A stretch of 64,000 nt of DNA from Terriglobia bacterium (GCA_965198225.1 CBDAOY010000008.1:896001-960000), one strand, 5' to 3'; shown: positions 47,816 to 57,987, numbered from the stretch's first letter. The notes: a model not told the origin generated them from the sequence alone. Program-made: numbers and translations.

Positions 47816-48505
47816 CTATACCTGAGGCCGCTGGCGATCCCGTAGGACACCGTGCCAGAAGCATAAGGGCCCCAAGGCCCCGTACATCCACCCCGGCAGG
47901 CCGAACTCGATCCCGACGCCGCTCCACGCGATTCCGACAGAAACCAGCCCAACGAAAACATAGATCAAGTAGTACTGAACCGCGGTCTGGGCATCAAAGT
48001 CCTCGCGGCGCGATAGATTCAGTCTCTTTCGCGCATGGAGATACAGGAACGCGAAGCACGCGAATATCGTTACGAAGCCGAGGCCATACAGAATGAACAG
48101 AGACGCCAGTTCCCCGAAACCGGAAAGAATAACGCTGGTGGTGCCGCCCGGCTGCCGGAAGCCCAGCACCCAGCTGACGAAACCCTGAGACAGGAACTTC
48201 AAGGGATAGACGAAGAACAGGATGACGAACAGCAGGATTGCATTCAGCAGGATCGTGATGTTGTCCTGCAGGCCAAAGCGCCGGAAGTAGGAGTTGTGCG
48301 CGGCCCAGATCAAGACCAGGGCACCGAAACTGAAGCCGAAAGCAACGAACCCGTAAAGATCCGCCACCAGTTCCGAAAACGTCCTGGGTACCTCCAGCGA
48401 TACCACGAGCAACGTCGCAGAGAACGCGAAAACGGCATCGCTGAAAGCCTCCAACCTGGTGACGCCGTGAACGGCATCCGTCCAGGTCTCAGTTTGTTTA
48501 CTCAT
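47816..48505 (-). CDS. TMEM175-family (DUF1211) potassium channel
   Basis: RLEAFSDAVFAFSATLLV signature, 6 TM. Confidence 0.9.
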   Translation of the reverse strand: MSKQTETWTDAVHGVTRLEAFSDAVFAFSATLLVVSLEVPRTFSELVADLYGFVAFGFSFGALVLIWAAHNSYFRRFGLQDNITILLNAILLFVILFFVYPLKFLSQGFVSWVLGFRQPGGTTSVILSGFGELASLFILYGLGFVTIFACFAFLYLHARKRLNLSRREDFDAQTAVQYYLIYVFVGLVSVGIAWSGVGIEFGLPGWMYGALGPLCFWHGVLRDRQRPQV

Positions 48506-48578
48506 TTTCTCCCTGTCTTTCTTCGTTCTTGTTGAACTGAGGTCACGACTGGAACGCTGCTAGAATTGACAGCTTCAC

Positions 48579-49271
48579 ATGACGGAAACTCGAGAACGCC
48601 GACAGTATGAATACTACGACTTGGTCATGGCCATCTTCGTGACGGTCCTGATCTGCTCCAACGTCATCGGTGCCGCCAAGGTGGCTACTCTCTGGGGTTT
48701 CACTTTCGGTGCCGGAGTTCTGTTCTTTCCGATCAGCTATATCTTCAACGACGTTCTGACCGAGGTCTACGGCTACGCCCGGGCCCGGAAGGTCGTCTGG
48801 GCCGGGTTCGGAGCCCTCATCTTCGCCTCGTTCATGAGCCTAGTCGTCGTCTGGTTGCCCCCGTCAGCGGATTGGGGCGACCAGGGAGCCTACCAGACGG
48901 TCTTCGGGCAGACGCCGCGCATCGTTTTTGCATCGATAGCGGCATTCTTCGTCGGAGAGCTGTCCAATTCCTACGTCCTGGCCAAGATGAAGATCCAGAC
49001 CAAGGGGCGTTTGCTGTGGGTGCGAACGGTCGGTTCGACGATCGTCGGCGAGGGAATCGACTCGGCCGTCTTCTACCCGGTGGCGTTCTTCGGTGTCTGG
49101 TCCAACGAGCTGCTCCTGCAGGTGATGGTTTCCAACTATCTCATCAAATGTGGATGGGAGGCGGCGATCACCCCGATTACCTACAAGGTCGTCTCGTTCC
49201 TCAAACGTGCGGAGCGCGAAGACTACTACGACTACGAGACAGATTTCACCCCTTTCTCGATCGAAGTGTGA
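48579..49271 (+). CDS. yhhQ: Queuosine precursor transporter
   Basis: SNVIGAAK, FPISYIFNDVLTEVYG, RTVGSTIVGEGIDS. Confidence 0.92.
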   Translation: MTETRERRQYEYYDLVMAIFVTVLICSNVIGAAKVATLWGFTFGAGVLFFPISYIFNDVLTEVYGYARARKVVWAGFGALIFASFMSLVVVWLPPSADWGDQGAYQTVFGQTPRIVFASIAAFFVGELSNSYVLAKMKIQTKGRLLWVRTVGSTIVGEGIDSAVFYPVAFFGVWSNELLLQVMVSNYLIKCGWEAAITPITYKVVSFLKRAEREDYYDYETDFTPFSIEV

Positions 49272-49337
49272 GCGATAGCCCTCAGCCCGACCTGCACGAT
49301 AGCGACTCCCTGATCGCTTAAAGCTGACCACAATGGG

Positions 49338-50558
49338 TCAACGGTTTCCGCTAGCCAACTTCAAGGATTCGTTCATGCCACGAAGCCGGCCCATGGCCAG
49401 GACACCGAGGGCGGGCCCGATTGCCAGAAACGCGAAGGCATAGCGCCACGTCAGGATCTCGACCAGGTAGGGGACCAGGTGGATCGTCACCATCGTCAGG
49501 AGGAAACCAACGCTGGTCTGAACCGTGAGCATCGTCCCGACGATCGAGGGGTCCGATAATTCGGCGATACTTGCCGAAAACTGGGCTGAGTCGGCGACGA
49601 TCGCAATGCCCCAGACGACGCAGAAGGCGGTGAGCAAAAACGGATTCGCTCCAAAGAGGAAACCCGCTGTCACGCAACAGGCGCCGCTGATCGCCATTGC
49701 AGTCATCGTGACTGTGGTTCGCCCCCACCGGTCGGCGATCAGGCCCGCCATCAAACAGCCCAACGCCCCGCTACCCACGGTCAGGAAGGTAGCCAGGCGC
49801 GCCAGGTACGCCGCTGCATCAGCTTCCATCCGAATCGCGAAGCTGGCCTGGAGGAACACGGCGATCCAGGCCCACATGGCGTAGAGCTCCCACATGTGGC
49901 CGAAATATCCGAGGTTGGCAAAGCGCAGCGACCGAGTGGTCCAGGCCTTGGCAGCCAGGGTTGGATTGAATGGAGGACTCTTTGTCTTGTTCGGCCCGAT
50001 GGGAAAGAAGTTGATCAGGGCTGCCGCCATTGCCGCTGCAACCGTCGCGACTCCGATCGTGAAACGCCACTCCACGCCCCCGAACGCATTGATCAAATGA
50101 GGTGAGGCGGAACCCAGCGTCAGAGCGCCGACCAGGAGTCCCACCATCAGGCCCATATCGCCCGAGGCCCACGTGGAGGCCATCTTCATCCCGACGGGGT
50201 AGATCCCGGCCATGCACATGCCGGTGACGAAGCGGAGCAGGGGAACCGCAAGCGTTGATGCGTCCTGGAACAGGATCGCGCCGTTTGCGGCCGCCGCCAC
50301 CAGGCCCGCCACGGTGAAGAAGCGCCGGGGATCCAGGCGGTCGGCGAGCCCCAGGACGGCGCTGATCAGCGTGCCGACAACAAACCCTATCTGGACCGCG
50401 CTCGTGAACAGCGAGGACTGCAGCGGCGTGAGGTCATACTCGGCACCAAGGGAAGGCAGGACTGCCGAAGCGGAGAACCACAGGGTCATCGCCAGCACCT
50501 GACAGATGCAGAGCAGCGCCAGCGCGACCCATTTGGTTTTGAATAGGGGGGCACTCAC
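49338..50558 (-). CDS. MFS transporter downstream of arsM
   Basis: GLADRLDPRR, YPVGMK, GHMWELYAMW, ADSAQFS; ~12 TM. Confidence 0.88.
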   Translation of the reverse strand: MSAPLFKTKWVALALLCICQVLAMTLWFSASAVLPSLGAEYDLTPLQSSLFTSAVQIGFVVGTLISAVLGLADRLDPRRFFTVAGLVAAAANGAILFQDASTLAVPLLRFVTGMCMAGIYPVGMKMASTWASGDMGLMVGLLVGALTLGSASPHLINAFGGVEWRFTIGVATVAAAMAAALINFFPIGPNKTKSPPFNPTLAAKAWTTRSLRFANLGYFGHMWELYAMWAWIAVFLQASFAIRMEADAAAYLARLATFLTVGSGALGCLMAGLIADRWGRTTVTMTAMAISGACCVTAGFLFGANPFLLTAFCVVWGIAIVADSAQFSASIAELSDPSIVGTMLTVQTSVGFLLTMVTIHLVPYLVEILTWRYAFAFLAIGPALGVLAMGRLRGMNESLKLASGNR

Positions 50559-50568
50559 AAGAAGGGCA

Positions 50569-51390
50569 TTATGGCTTTACCGCCCGGATGAATGCACTCA
50601 TGAACTTGCCCCCGACTTCCTCGACCTCCATACCGCAAGGCGAGCCGGATCCAGCGAGGTTTCGCGCATCTTCGACACCGAAGATCCGGGTCGGTTCCAC
50701 CGCGACATAGGTAAAGCCGCTGCTTTCCAGGCAGGCCTTGTATTCGATTTCCTCCAGAGCGCCTGCGACGCACCCGACCCAGAGGTTCATGTCGGCTCGG
50801 AGATCGTCTGAAACGCTGCCGCGAACAACGATATCCGAAACCGCGAAGCGGCCGCCGGGACGTAGTACGCGGAACGCTTCGGCGAACACCCGATTCTTGT
50901 CTGCCGAAAGGTTGATGACACAGTTCGAGATAATCACGTCGACCGAGGCGTCGGGAAGTGGGATGTCCTCGATGTCGCCTTTGAGGAACTCAACGTTGTG
51001 GATGCCGGCTTCGAGCTGGTTCTCCCGCGCCAGTTCCAGCATCTCGTCGGTCATGTCAAGGCCGTAGACCTTGCCCGTCGGGCCGACGCGTCGGGCCGAG
51101 AGCAGCACATCGATCCCACCGCCTGCGCCGAGATCGAGTACGGTTTCGCCGGTGCGCAAATCGGCCAGGGCAGTCGGGTTCCCGCAGCCCATCGACGCGA
51201 GTAGGGCCGCGGCCGGCAGTTTGCTTGTTTCGTCGATCGTGTAGAGCTCGGGGCCCACCGAGCTGGCGTAATCCGAGGAGGTCGTCCCGCGGCGGGAGGG
51301 AGTCGGGCAGCAGGATGCAGCCCCGGTGGCTGCCTCGCGGGCTGCGCGACCGTACGTTTCTTTGATGTTGTCTTTCAACGTTGAACTCAT
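50569..51390 (-). CDS. arsM: Arsenite S-adenosylmethionine methyltransferase
   Basis: CC at the N-terminus, [26 protein letters not shown]. Confidence 0.93.
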   Translation of the reverse strand: MSSTLKDNIKETYGRAAREAATGAASCCPTPSRRGTTSSDYASSVGPELYTIDETSKLPAAALLASMGCGNPTALADLRTGETVLDLGAGGGIDVLLSARRVGPTGKVYGLDMTDEMLELARENQLEAGIHNVEFLKGDIEDIPLPDASVDVIISNCVINLSADKNRVFAEAFRVLRPGGRFAVSDIVVRGSVSDDLRADMNLWVGCVAGALEEIEYKACLESSGFTYVAVEPTRIFGVEDARNLAGSGSPCGMEVEEVGGKFMSAFIRAVKP

Positions 51391-51737
51391 TTTGTCTCCA
51401 GTTCCACCAGGATGTTTTCAGGCCGGACCACGTTGTTTCGCGAACAGCATTCCGCAAAAAGGAAACGAGTCAGGACTTCCAGATTCGCCGTGTTCGCGCT
51501 GTACCAGAGGAACTGCCGGTCCCGGCGAACGCGAAGGAGCCCTTCGTTCTTGAGTCGCTCCAGGTGGTGGGAGAGTGTCGAATTGGGTATGCCCAACTCG
51601 GCCTGAATTTTCCCCACCACCATTCCGTCAGGATGGGCCGAGAGCAGCAGTCGCAGGATTCGCAACCGTGCCTCGTTCCCGATCGCCGCAAACATGTCCG
51701 CGAATCGGGCCACCTGCCTGTGGGTTGGTGTTTTCAT
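51387..51737 (-). CDS. arsR: ArsR-family transcriptional repressor
   Basis: RLRILRLL, STLSHHL, C-terminal ECC As(III) site. Confidence 0.92.
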   Translation of the reverse strand: MKTPTHRQVARFADMFAAIGNEARLRILRLLLSAHPDGMVVGKIQAELGIPNSTLSHHLERLKNEGLLRVRRDRQFLWYSANTANLEVLTRFLFAECCSRNNVVRPENILVELETK

Positions 51738-51759
51738 ATTTCTACAATAATAGAAATAT
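51736..51759. promoter_or_regulatory. ArsR operator dyad overlapping the -10 and the arsR start codon
   Basis: ATATTTCTA-N6-TAGAAATAT perfect 9-bp arms; TATTGT 6 nt before the ATG on the minus strand. Confidence 0.75.
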
Positions 51760-51912
51760 AGAAATACGGAAAGGAGTTTTTTCCTGTCTTCCCTCCGCGA
51801 ATGGCTTCCGACGTGAAGTACCGTGCTGCTCGCCTATCGGACTGTATCGGGAAGCCTAACCGCATTCTTAATTGAGACTCAGGACACCGGAACCGTTTAT
51901 GCTGAGCGTGTC

Positions 51913-52836
51913 GTGGCCGCGTCTTCTCGAAAAGTCATCTTTGCCGCCCTCGTGGGCAACTCCCTGATCGCAGTGACGAAGTTCGTCGCCGCAACCCTGA
52001 CAGGGAGTTCCGCCATGCTATCGGAAGGCATCCATTCGGTTGTGGACACGGGTAATCAAGCGCTACTGCTCTATGGCCTGAAGCGAGCACGCCGGCCGCC
52101 GGACGAGCAGTTCCCGTTCGGACACGGGAAAGAGATCTACTTCTGGAGCTTCGTCGTTGCGATCCTGATCTTTGCCCTCGGAGCGGGCATCTCAATTTAT
52201 GAGGGCATCAGGCATCTTCTACACCCGGCTCCGATCGGGAACCCGATGGTCAATTATGTGGTTCTGGGAATCGCGATGCTTTTCGAGGGAGTTGCCTGGT
52301 ATCTGGCGTTCAACGAGTTCACGAAAGCGAAGGGTAAGTGGGGCTACGTCGAGGCCGTTCAGAGAGGAAAGGATCCGACGCTCTTCGTGGTGCTGTTCGA
52401 AGACTCCGCCGCGATGATGGGTCTGCTCGTCGCTTTCGTCGGTGTCGCGTTGACCCAGGCCACCGGCCTGCCGGCATTCGACGGGCTGGCTTCCGTAGCC
52501 ATCGGTGTCATCCTCGGAGGCACGGCCGTCTGGCTTGCCTATGAGACGAAGGGCCTCCTCATCGGTGAATCGGCAAACCCGCCGGTCATTTCGGGGATCA
52601 GAGAACTCGTGGGTTCGGCCCCCGAAGTCCGCCATGTGAACGAAGTTCTGACCATGCACATGGGTCCGGATTTCATACTGCTGAACCTGGGTGTCAAGTT
52701 CGCGGATGAAATCAAAGCGCGCGAACTCGAAGAAGCCGTGCGGCGTCTCGAGCGGAAAATCAAGCAGGCGTATCCCGAGGTGAAGCGGATATTCATCGAG
52801 GCGGAAGAGCGCCCTGCCAGGTCCGGCGACGGGTGA
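51913..52836 (+). CDS. Cation diffusion facilitator family transporter
   Basis: SEGIHSVVD, PFGHGKEIYFW, FEDSAA, C-terminal IFIE; GTG start at MAASSRKVIF. Confidence 0.92.
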   Translation: MAASSRKVIFAALVGNSLIAVTKFVAATLTGSSAMLSEGIHSVVDTGNQALLLYGLKRARRPPDEQFPFGHGKEIYFWSFVVAILIFALGAGISIYEGIRHLLHPAPIGNPMVNYVVLGIAMLFEGVAWYLAFNEFTKAKGKWGYVEAVQRGKDPTLFVVLFEDSAAMMGLLVAFVGVALTQATGLPAFDGLASVAIGVILGGTAVWLAYETKGLLIGESANPPVISGIRELVGSAPEVRHVNEVLTMHMGPDFILLNLGVKFADEIKARELEEAVRRLERKIKQAYPEVKRIFIEAEERPARSGDG

Positions 52837-52915
52837 TCGACTCGCGCTCATAGGCTCGGACGACGGCCGAAATACGGCGCTTCCTTCCGGATCGTTCGGG
52901 TTATATTGACCAACT

Positions 52916-53774
52916 GTGAATAACGGTTGGCGCGCCCGCCTCTACGAAATCATCTTCGAACACGACACCTGGGAAGGAAAAGCGTTCGACGTCGCCTTGC
53001 TCTGGTCGATCGTCCTGAGCGTTCTGGCCGTGATGCTCGAGAGCGTGGCCTCGATTCACGCCGAATACGGAACTCCCCTTCGCTGGATCGAGTGGGTGTT
53101 CACGATTCTGTTCACCGCGGAGTATGCCCTCCGACTCGTCTGCGTTCCAAGCCCGCGTCGGTACGCGCTGAGCTTTTTCGGGGTCGTCGACTTGATGGCG
53201 GTGGCTCCCACCTACCTCAGCCTTCTTCTTCCGGGGACACAATCGCTTCTCGTCATCCGCGCCCTTCGACTGCTGAGGGTCTTCCGCGTGCTCAAGCTGG
53301 GTCATTACCTCCGGGAAGCCGAGGTGCTGAACCGTGCCATCCGCTCCAGCGGGCAGAAGATCACCGTTTTTCTCTCCGTCGTGCTGATCGTCGTCCTCGT
53401 GATCGGTGCGATGATGCACCTCATCGAGGGCGAGGCCAACGGATTTACGAGCATTCCTAGGAGCGTGTACTGGGCGATCGTGACCATGACTACGGTCGGG
53501 TACGGCGACATTGCACCTCAGACGGTCGTCGGTCAGATTCTGTCACCCGTGCTCGATTTCGCGTTCAAGCGCTTCGGTTCTGATGATTACGGGCTACGGG
53601 GTGATCGCGGTTCCCACGGGGATCGTTACCGTCGAACTCGGCCATGCGGTCCGGTCGCGCTCCGGGGCTCGGACTTGCGGGGCGTGTGGGGAGACCGGGC
53701 ACGATGTCGACGCCCACTACTGCAAGTACTGTGGCAATCCCCTGGAGGCTGTCGCCGATCAGTTCGTTCGGTAG
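52916..53774 (+). pseudogene. Voltage-gated-type K+ channel frameshifted by a 28-bp insertion
   Basis: S4 RALRLLRVFRVLK, filter TTVGYGD; frame breaks at 53543-53570; removing the insert restores GQILASVLMITGYG and the C-terminal CxxC..CxxC. Confidence 0.85.
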
Positions 53775-54259
53775 TTGGTGACCTGGATGTCGATGCCGTA
53801 GTCGTCTTCCTTGATCAGCTGAATCGTGTCCTGAAGAAGATCCCGACTCTTGCCACTGACGCGCACCAGATCTCCCTGGATCGATGCCTGGACCTTCAAC
53901 TTGCTCTTCTTGATCTTCTTGACGATCTCCCGGCACTTCTCGATCGGGATACCATTCTGGATGGAAATCTCCTGCCGGACCGTGGCCCCGGCGGCATCCT
54001 CGACCGCCCCGTAGGTCAGACCCTTCAACGGAACTTTCCGCCGGACGAGTTTTTGTTCGAGCACGTCGTTGACTGCCTTGAGCTTGTAGTCGTCGGCGCT
54101 GGAGACGATGAGCTTGTGCTCCTTTTCATCGAGTTCGACCCTCGAGCCGGAGCCTTTCAGGTCGAATCGGGTTGCCACTTCCTTCCGGGTCTGCTGGACG
54201 GCATTGCCCACTTCGGCCAGATCGATCTTGGAAACGATGTCGAAGCTGTTAACTGCCAT
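53759..54259 (-). CDS. yajQ: YajQ family nucleotide/c-di-GMP-binding protein
   Basis: SFDIVS, RFDLKGS, KVQASIQGD.VRV.GK.RD.LQ, NYR. Confidence 0.95.
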   Translation of the reverse strand: MAVNSFDIVSKIDLAEVGNAVQQTRKEVATRFDLKGSGSRVELDEKEHKLIVSSADDYKLKAVNDVLEQKLVRRKVPLKGLTYGAVEDAAGATVRQEISIQNGIPIEKCREIVKKIKKSKLKVQASIQGDLVRVSGKSRDLLQDTIQLIKEDDYGIDIQVTNYRTN

Positions 54260-54326
54260 GCGTTGTGATGTCCGGTGTGATCGCAGGGAAGGCCGGGACG
54301 GCGCTGGAACCATCCCGGCCGAATCG

Positions 54327-54752
54327 TCAGAAGGGGATGTCGTCGTCGCTGATCGTCGAACCGCCCGCGGCGGCCTGCTCGGGTGCCGGTCGACGTCCAC
54401 CATCGCCGCCGCCTCCCGGTGATCCCAGCAAGACCATGTCCCGCGCGCGAATGTCGTAAGAGGTCCGCTTGTTTCCGTCCTGGTCCTCCCACTGCCTCGA
54501 TTGGATGCTCCCTTCGATGTACACCAGACGGCCCTTGGCCAAGTACTGCCCGCAGATCTCGGCGAGACGTTCCCACGCGACGACGTTGTGCCACTCGGTC
54601 CGCTCCTGGCGCTCGCCCGAGTTTTTGTCTGTCCACGAGTCGTCGGTCGCCATTGAAAACCGGCAATAGGCGGTACCGCCGGCCGTGTACTTCAACTCCG
54701 GGTCCCGGCCGAGGCGGCCGATCAGGGTTACTTTGTTGATAGATTTCGCCAT
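54327..54752 (-). CDS. ssb: Single-stranded DNA-binding protein
   Basis: NKVTLIGRLGRDPE, TEWH, DDDIPF tail. Confidence 0.97.
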   Translation of the reverse strand: MAKSINKVTLIGRLGRDPELKYTAGGTAYCRFSMATDDSWTDKNSGERQERTEWHNVVAWERLAEICGQYLAKGRLVYIEGSIQSRQWEDQDGNKRTSYDIRARDMVLLGSPGGGGDGGRRPAPEQAAAGGSTISDDDIPF

Positions 54753-54811
54753 TTTTATCGTTCCTCTTCCGCCGCTCATCTGGAAGCGGCACCTTGCCCT
54801 GGTCGCAAAAC

Positions 54812-55597
54812 CTACCGGTCGCCGGTCAGCTCGTCGATCTTCTGCTGGGCACTCGCTGCTTCGGTGCTGTCTGGAAAATCAGAAACGACTTGGCGAAGGT
54901 AGGTCAGCGCGTCCTCAGTTTCGTCGAGTTCGGCCAGGGCCAGGCCTTTCTTGTACAGGGCAGTGACCTTTTTAACGCTGTTGGGATACTTCTGCAACAG
55001 CAAATCGTACTCGATGATCGCCTGGTCGTATTCCCGCTGGTTGAAGTGGACGTCGCCCATGTAGAGTTGGGCCTCAGCCGCTCGGGAGCTCGTTGGATAA
55101 CTGTCGAGGTATTCCCGGAAACCCTCCGTCGCCAACTCGTAGTTCCCGGATAGGAAGTCCGTCACAGCCAACCGCATCAACCCTTCCGGAGATTCCAACT
55201 GCTCCGCTGTCGTCTGCATCGTCGTCAGCTGCTGCGCCATCCCGTTGACCTCACCGCGCAGCTCGCCCAGACTCCGATCCATGATCTCGACGTCGTCCCG
55301 CAGGTTGGACATCAGGACGCGCATCTCACCGCTGAGCCTGTCGTTGCTGGTCTGGACGTCATTCAGAGTGCCGGTGATGCGATCGACGGTTCCGGCGAGC
55401 GAAACGACACGGTCGTAAAGCTGCTCGACCAGATTCTGGACGACGGTGTTCCGGTCATCGAGGCTGTTCTGGATCTCGGTGACCTGCTGCGTCAGACGAA
55501 TGATGTCGGCCTGAAGCTGGACGATCTCCCTCCGCTGCCCCAGGGCCGGGCTCGCCGCAACCAGAAGCGCGAAGGCGACGAGGAATGGCTTTCTCAT
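54812..55597 (-). CDS. cpoB: Tol-Pal protein YbgF/CpoB
   Basis: Signal peptide, coiled coil, three TPRs; follows pal. Confidence 0.88.
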   Translation of the reverse strand: MRKPFLVAFALLVAASPALGQRREIVQLQADIIRLTQQVTEIQNSLDDRNTVVQNLVEQLYDRVVSLAGTVDRITGTLNDVQTSNDRLSGEMRVLMSNLRDDVEIMDRSLGELRGEVNGMAQQLTTMQTTAEQLESPEGLMRLAVTDFLSGNYELATEGFREYLDSYPTSSRAAEAQLYMGDVHFNQREYDQAIIEYDLLLQKYPNSVKKVTALYKKGLALAELDETEDALTYLRQVVSDFPDSTEAASAQQKIDELTGDR

Positions 55598-55610
55598 GGT
55601 GACTCCCGGA

Positions 55611-56405
55611 CTACTGCCGCGTGACGAATGCCGCTCGACGATTCTGCTGGTAGCAGCCCTCGGTCGTGGCTGTGCAGACGGGCCTCTCTTCACCGAAACT
55701 GACAGTGCTGATGCGTGACTCCGCGATCCCTTGCTCTACGAGGAACTGGCGGACGGCGTTGGCCCTCAGGTCGCCAAGACCGATATTGTATTCCTGGCTA
55801 CCGCGTTCGTCGGCGTGACCGCTGACGGTGAATCGGACACCGCGATTCTGCTGCAGGAAGCGGGCGTTCGCCTGAAGGCGTCCCACCTGGTCGGGGCGAA
55901 TCTCCGACCTGTCGTAGTCGAAGAGGATCGCTTGAACGTTGTCTCGGAAGAGCTCCTCGATGGTTGGCTCCGGCGTGCTTGGTAAGGGCGGGGCGGCCGG
56001 CGGGGGAGCCGGGACGCTGACGGTAACGCGGACCGTGTCAGTTGACGTTCCGCCCGCTCCTGTGGCCGTCGCCGTGTAGGTAACCGACGAAGAGGGACTG
56101 ACGTCCCTGCGGCCCGACGTGCCAACCGTGCCGACGCCGGGCTCGATACGGACCGAATCCGCATTCCGAGCTTGCCACGCTAGCGTCGTTTCTTCCCCGC
56201 GGTCGATGCTGGAAGGTTGGGCGCTGAGCGAGATGGCCGGGGCGGCTGGCGGTGGTGGCTCCTCAACCGGCGCGGGCGGAGGAGGCGGCGGTGGTGGAGC
56301 GACCGGCTTCCGGCATGAAAATGAAAACAGTCCAACCAGGACAAGAACGACGACCAACCCGGTCCCTGATCTTTGGATCACTCCATTTGAATTCGCCGAT
56401 TTCAT
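55611..56405 (-). CDS. pal: Peptidoglycan-associated lipoprotein with an extra Ig-like insert
   Basis: Lipobox FSFSC, Pro-rich linkers, FDYD, GHADERGSQEYN, SFGEE, NRRA. Confidence 0.92.
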   Translation of the reverse strand: MKSANSNGVIQRSGTGLVVVLVLVGLFSFSCRKPVAPPPPPPPPAPVEEPPPPAAPAISLSAQPSSIDRGEETTLAWQARNADSVRIEPGVGTVGTSGRRDVSPSSSVTYTATATGAGGTSTDTVRVTVSVPAPPPAAPPLPSTPEPTIEELFRDNVQAILFDYDRSEIRPDQVGRLQANARFLQQNRGVRFTVSGHADERGSQEYNIGLGDLRANAVRQFLVEQGIAESRISTVSFGEERPVCTATTEGCYQQNRRAAFVTRQ

Positions 56406-56440
56406 TCGCGAGCCTCCCTTTCGAGTGTTGCAGAATGGTG

Positions 56441-57817
56441 CTACCGCCGAGCCTGGCGCCCGATGTATCCGGACCACGCTGGCCCCACGTTGTTTCCCTC
56501 GTTCGTCAGCTGGCGGACCTTCGTTCCGTCCGCCAGCATCGAGTAAATGTGTCGTCTTCCGCCGCGGTTGGACTCAAAGGCCAGGTGCCGTCCGTCGGGC
56601 GACCATGTCGGTCGCTCATTATTCCGGACGTTCTGGGTCAACTGCACATTCCGACCCGATGCCAGGTCGTGCAGGTAGATATCGTAGTTTCTCGTACCTC
56701 GCTTCTGCCATGCAAATGCAATCGTCTGCCCGTCAGGCGACCAGGCGGGATTGACGGCGGATCCCCTGCCGCGGACGATCTGCCGCACGTTGCCACCCTG
56801 GGCGTCAACGATGTAGATCTGGGTGGACCCGTCGCGGTCGGACACGAAGGCGATCTGTTCGCCCGTTCTTGGATTCCACACCGGAGAGGTGTCCACCCCC
56901 CTCGACGTCGTCAACCGCCGTAGATTACGCCCCCGCGAGTCCGATACGTAGATCTCCGGGTCGGGTTGGCCGCGTACCTTTCCCATGCTGGACGAAAACG
57001 CGAGCCGGGTTCCATCGGCCGACCAGCTCGGCGTCGTCGTGGTTCCTTCGAACTCGGGGAATGCGAAGCCACGTCGGTCGATTCGAGAGACGATCGCGAC
57101 ATCGGCTTTGTTCCGCTCCCAGCTCGTGAAAGCAATCCGCTCGCCGTCGGGCGACCAACTGGGTGTCAGCGCGAGGTCGCGAACCGTTGTCAACTGGAAC
57201 TGGTTGTGACCGTCGTAGTCCATGACGAAGATCTCTTTTGCACCGCGTCCTGTGCGGTCGGACACGAAGGCGATTTTGGTCTTTGAAACACCACGGATGC
57301 CTCCGCCCAGGGCCTCGATGATCATGTCCGCCCACTCATGGGCAACCTGCCGCACGGCATTGTCTCCCGACGGCACGCGGAAACGCTGGCCCGGCAGTAT
57401 CGCTTCGCGGTCTTCGATGCGCGTCTTCAGGTCCCAGAGCCTCGACTCGACTACGAAATTACCCCGCTCTACCGTCGCGTTCCCGAATGAGACGAACTGT
57501 GCGTCGACCGCGGTCGTGGTCCAGGCCGTAGCGTCGATGTCAATCGGGCGGCCGAAACGGCCGAGCGGGTAGAAACTCCGGCTGACGAGATTAACGACGC
57601 CGGAAAAATCCAGGTCGTCCCAGAGGGTTTCGTTGAATGTCCGCGTGTACTCGGCTCCCTGAGGACCACCGCCTCCCCGAAACTGGAACTCGGGCAGCGC
57701 CAGCCTCACCGAGCCTGCCCCTGTTCGAGTGCCGGTGACGATCTGTGCCTGCTCGGAACCCAGGCTCCACACGGGCAGAAGCAGGGCGACGAAGAACGCA
57801 GCTTTCTTGAAGGTCAG
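56441..57817 (-). CDS. tolB: Tol-Pal beta-propeller protein TolB (start uncertain)
   Basis: TolB N-domain, IAFVSDR, repeated PSWSPDG (PD40). Confidence 0.9.
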   Translation of the reverse strand: MTFKKAAFFVALLLPVWSLGSEQAQIVTGTRTGAGSVRLALPEFQFRGGGGPQGAEYTRTFNETLWDDLDFSGVVNLVSRSFYPLGRFGRPIDIDATAWTTTAVDAQFVSFGNATVERGNFVVESRLWDLKTRIEDREAILPGQRFRVPSGDNAVRQVAHEWADMIIEALGGGIRGVSKTKIAFVSDRTGRGAKEIFVMDYDGHNQFQLTTVRDLALTPSWSPDGERIAFTSWERNKADVAIVSRIDRRGFAFPEFEGTTTTPSWSADGTRLAFSSSMGKVRGQPDPEIYVSDSRGRNLRRLTTSRGVDTSPVWNPRTGEQIAFVSDRDGSTQIYIVDAQGGNVRQIVRGRGSAVNPAWSPDGQTIAFAWQKRGTRNYDIYLHDLASGRNVQLTQNVRNNERPTWSPDGRHLAFESNRGGRRHIYSMLADGTKVRQLTNEGNNVGPAWSGYIGRQARR

Positions 57818-57987
57818 CCCGCTTTTCTCACCGGTTGTCGCAACGAAGAGTCGGAGACGCCGCCAGGACAAGGCGCGCGCGGGCCGCGTGTCTGGTTCAA
57901 GTACCGCGGTCGACCCTTCGCGCACCACAGTCCTGGTGGATGTATCCGGCGCTGCAGCAGACCACTGGTGGGAAAATCGGGCTAATC

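Noticed and set aside
48506-48578. preQ1 riboswitch upstream of yhhQ
   Set aside because: No aptamer motif, and the -10 lies 12 nt from the ATG, leaving no room
53571-54268. Long C-terminal extension of the 450-aa K+ channel ORF
   Set aside because: Read-through caused by the 28-bp insertion, running antisense into yajQ
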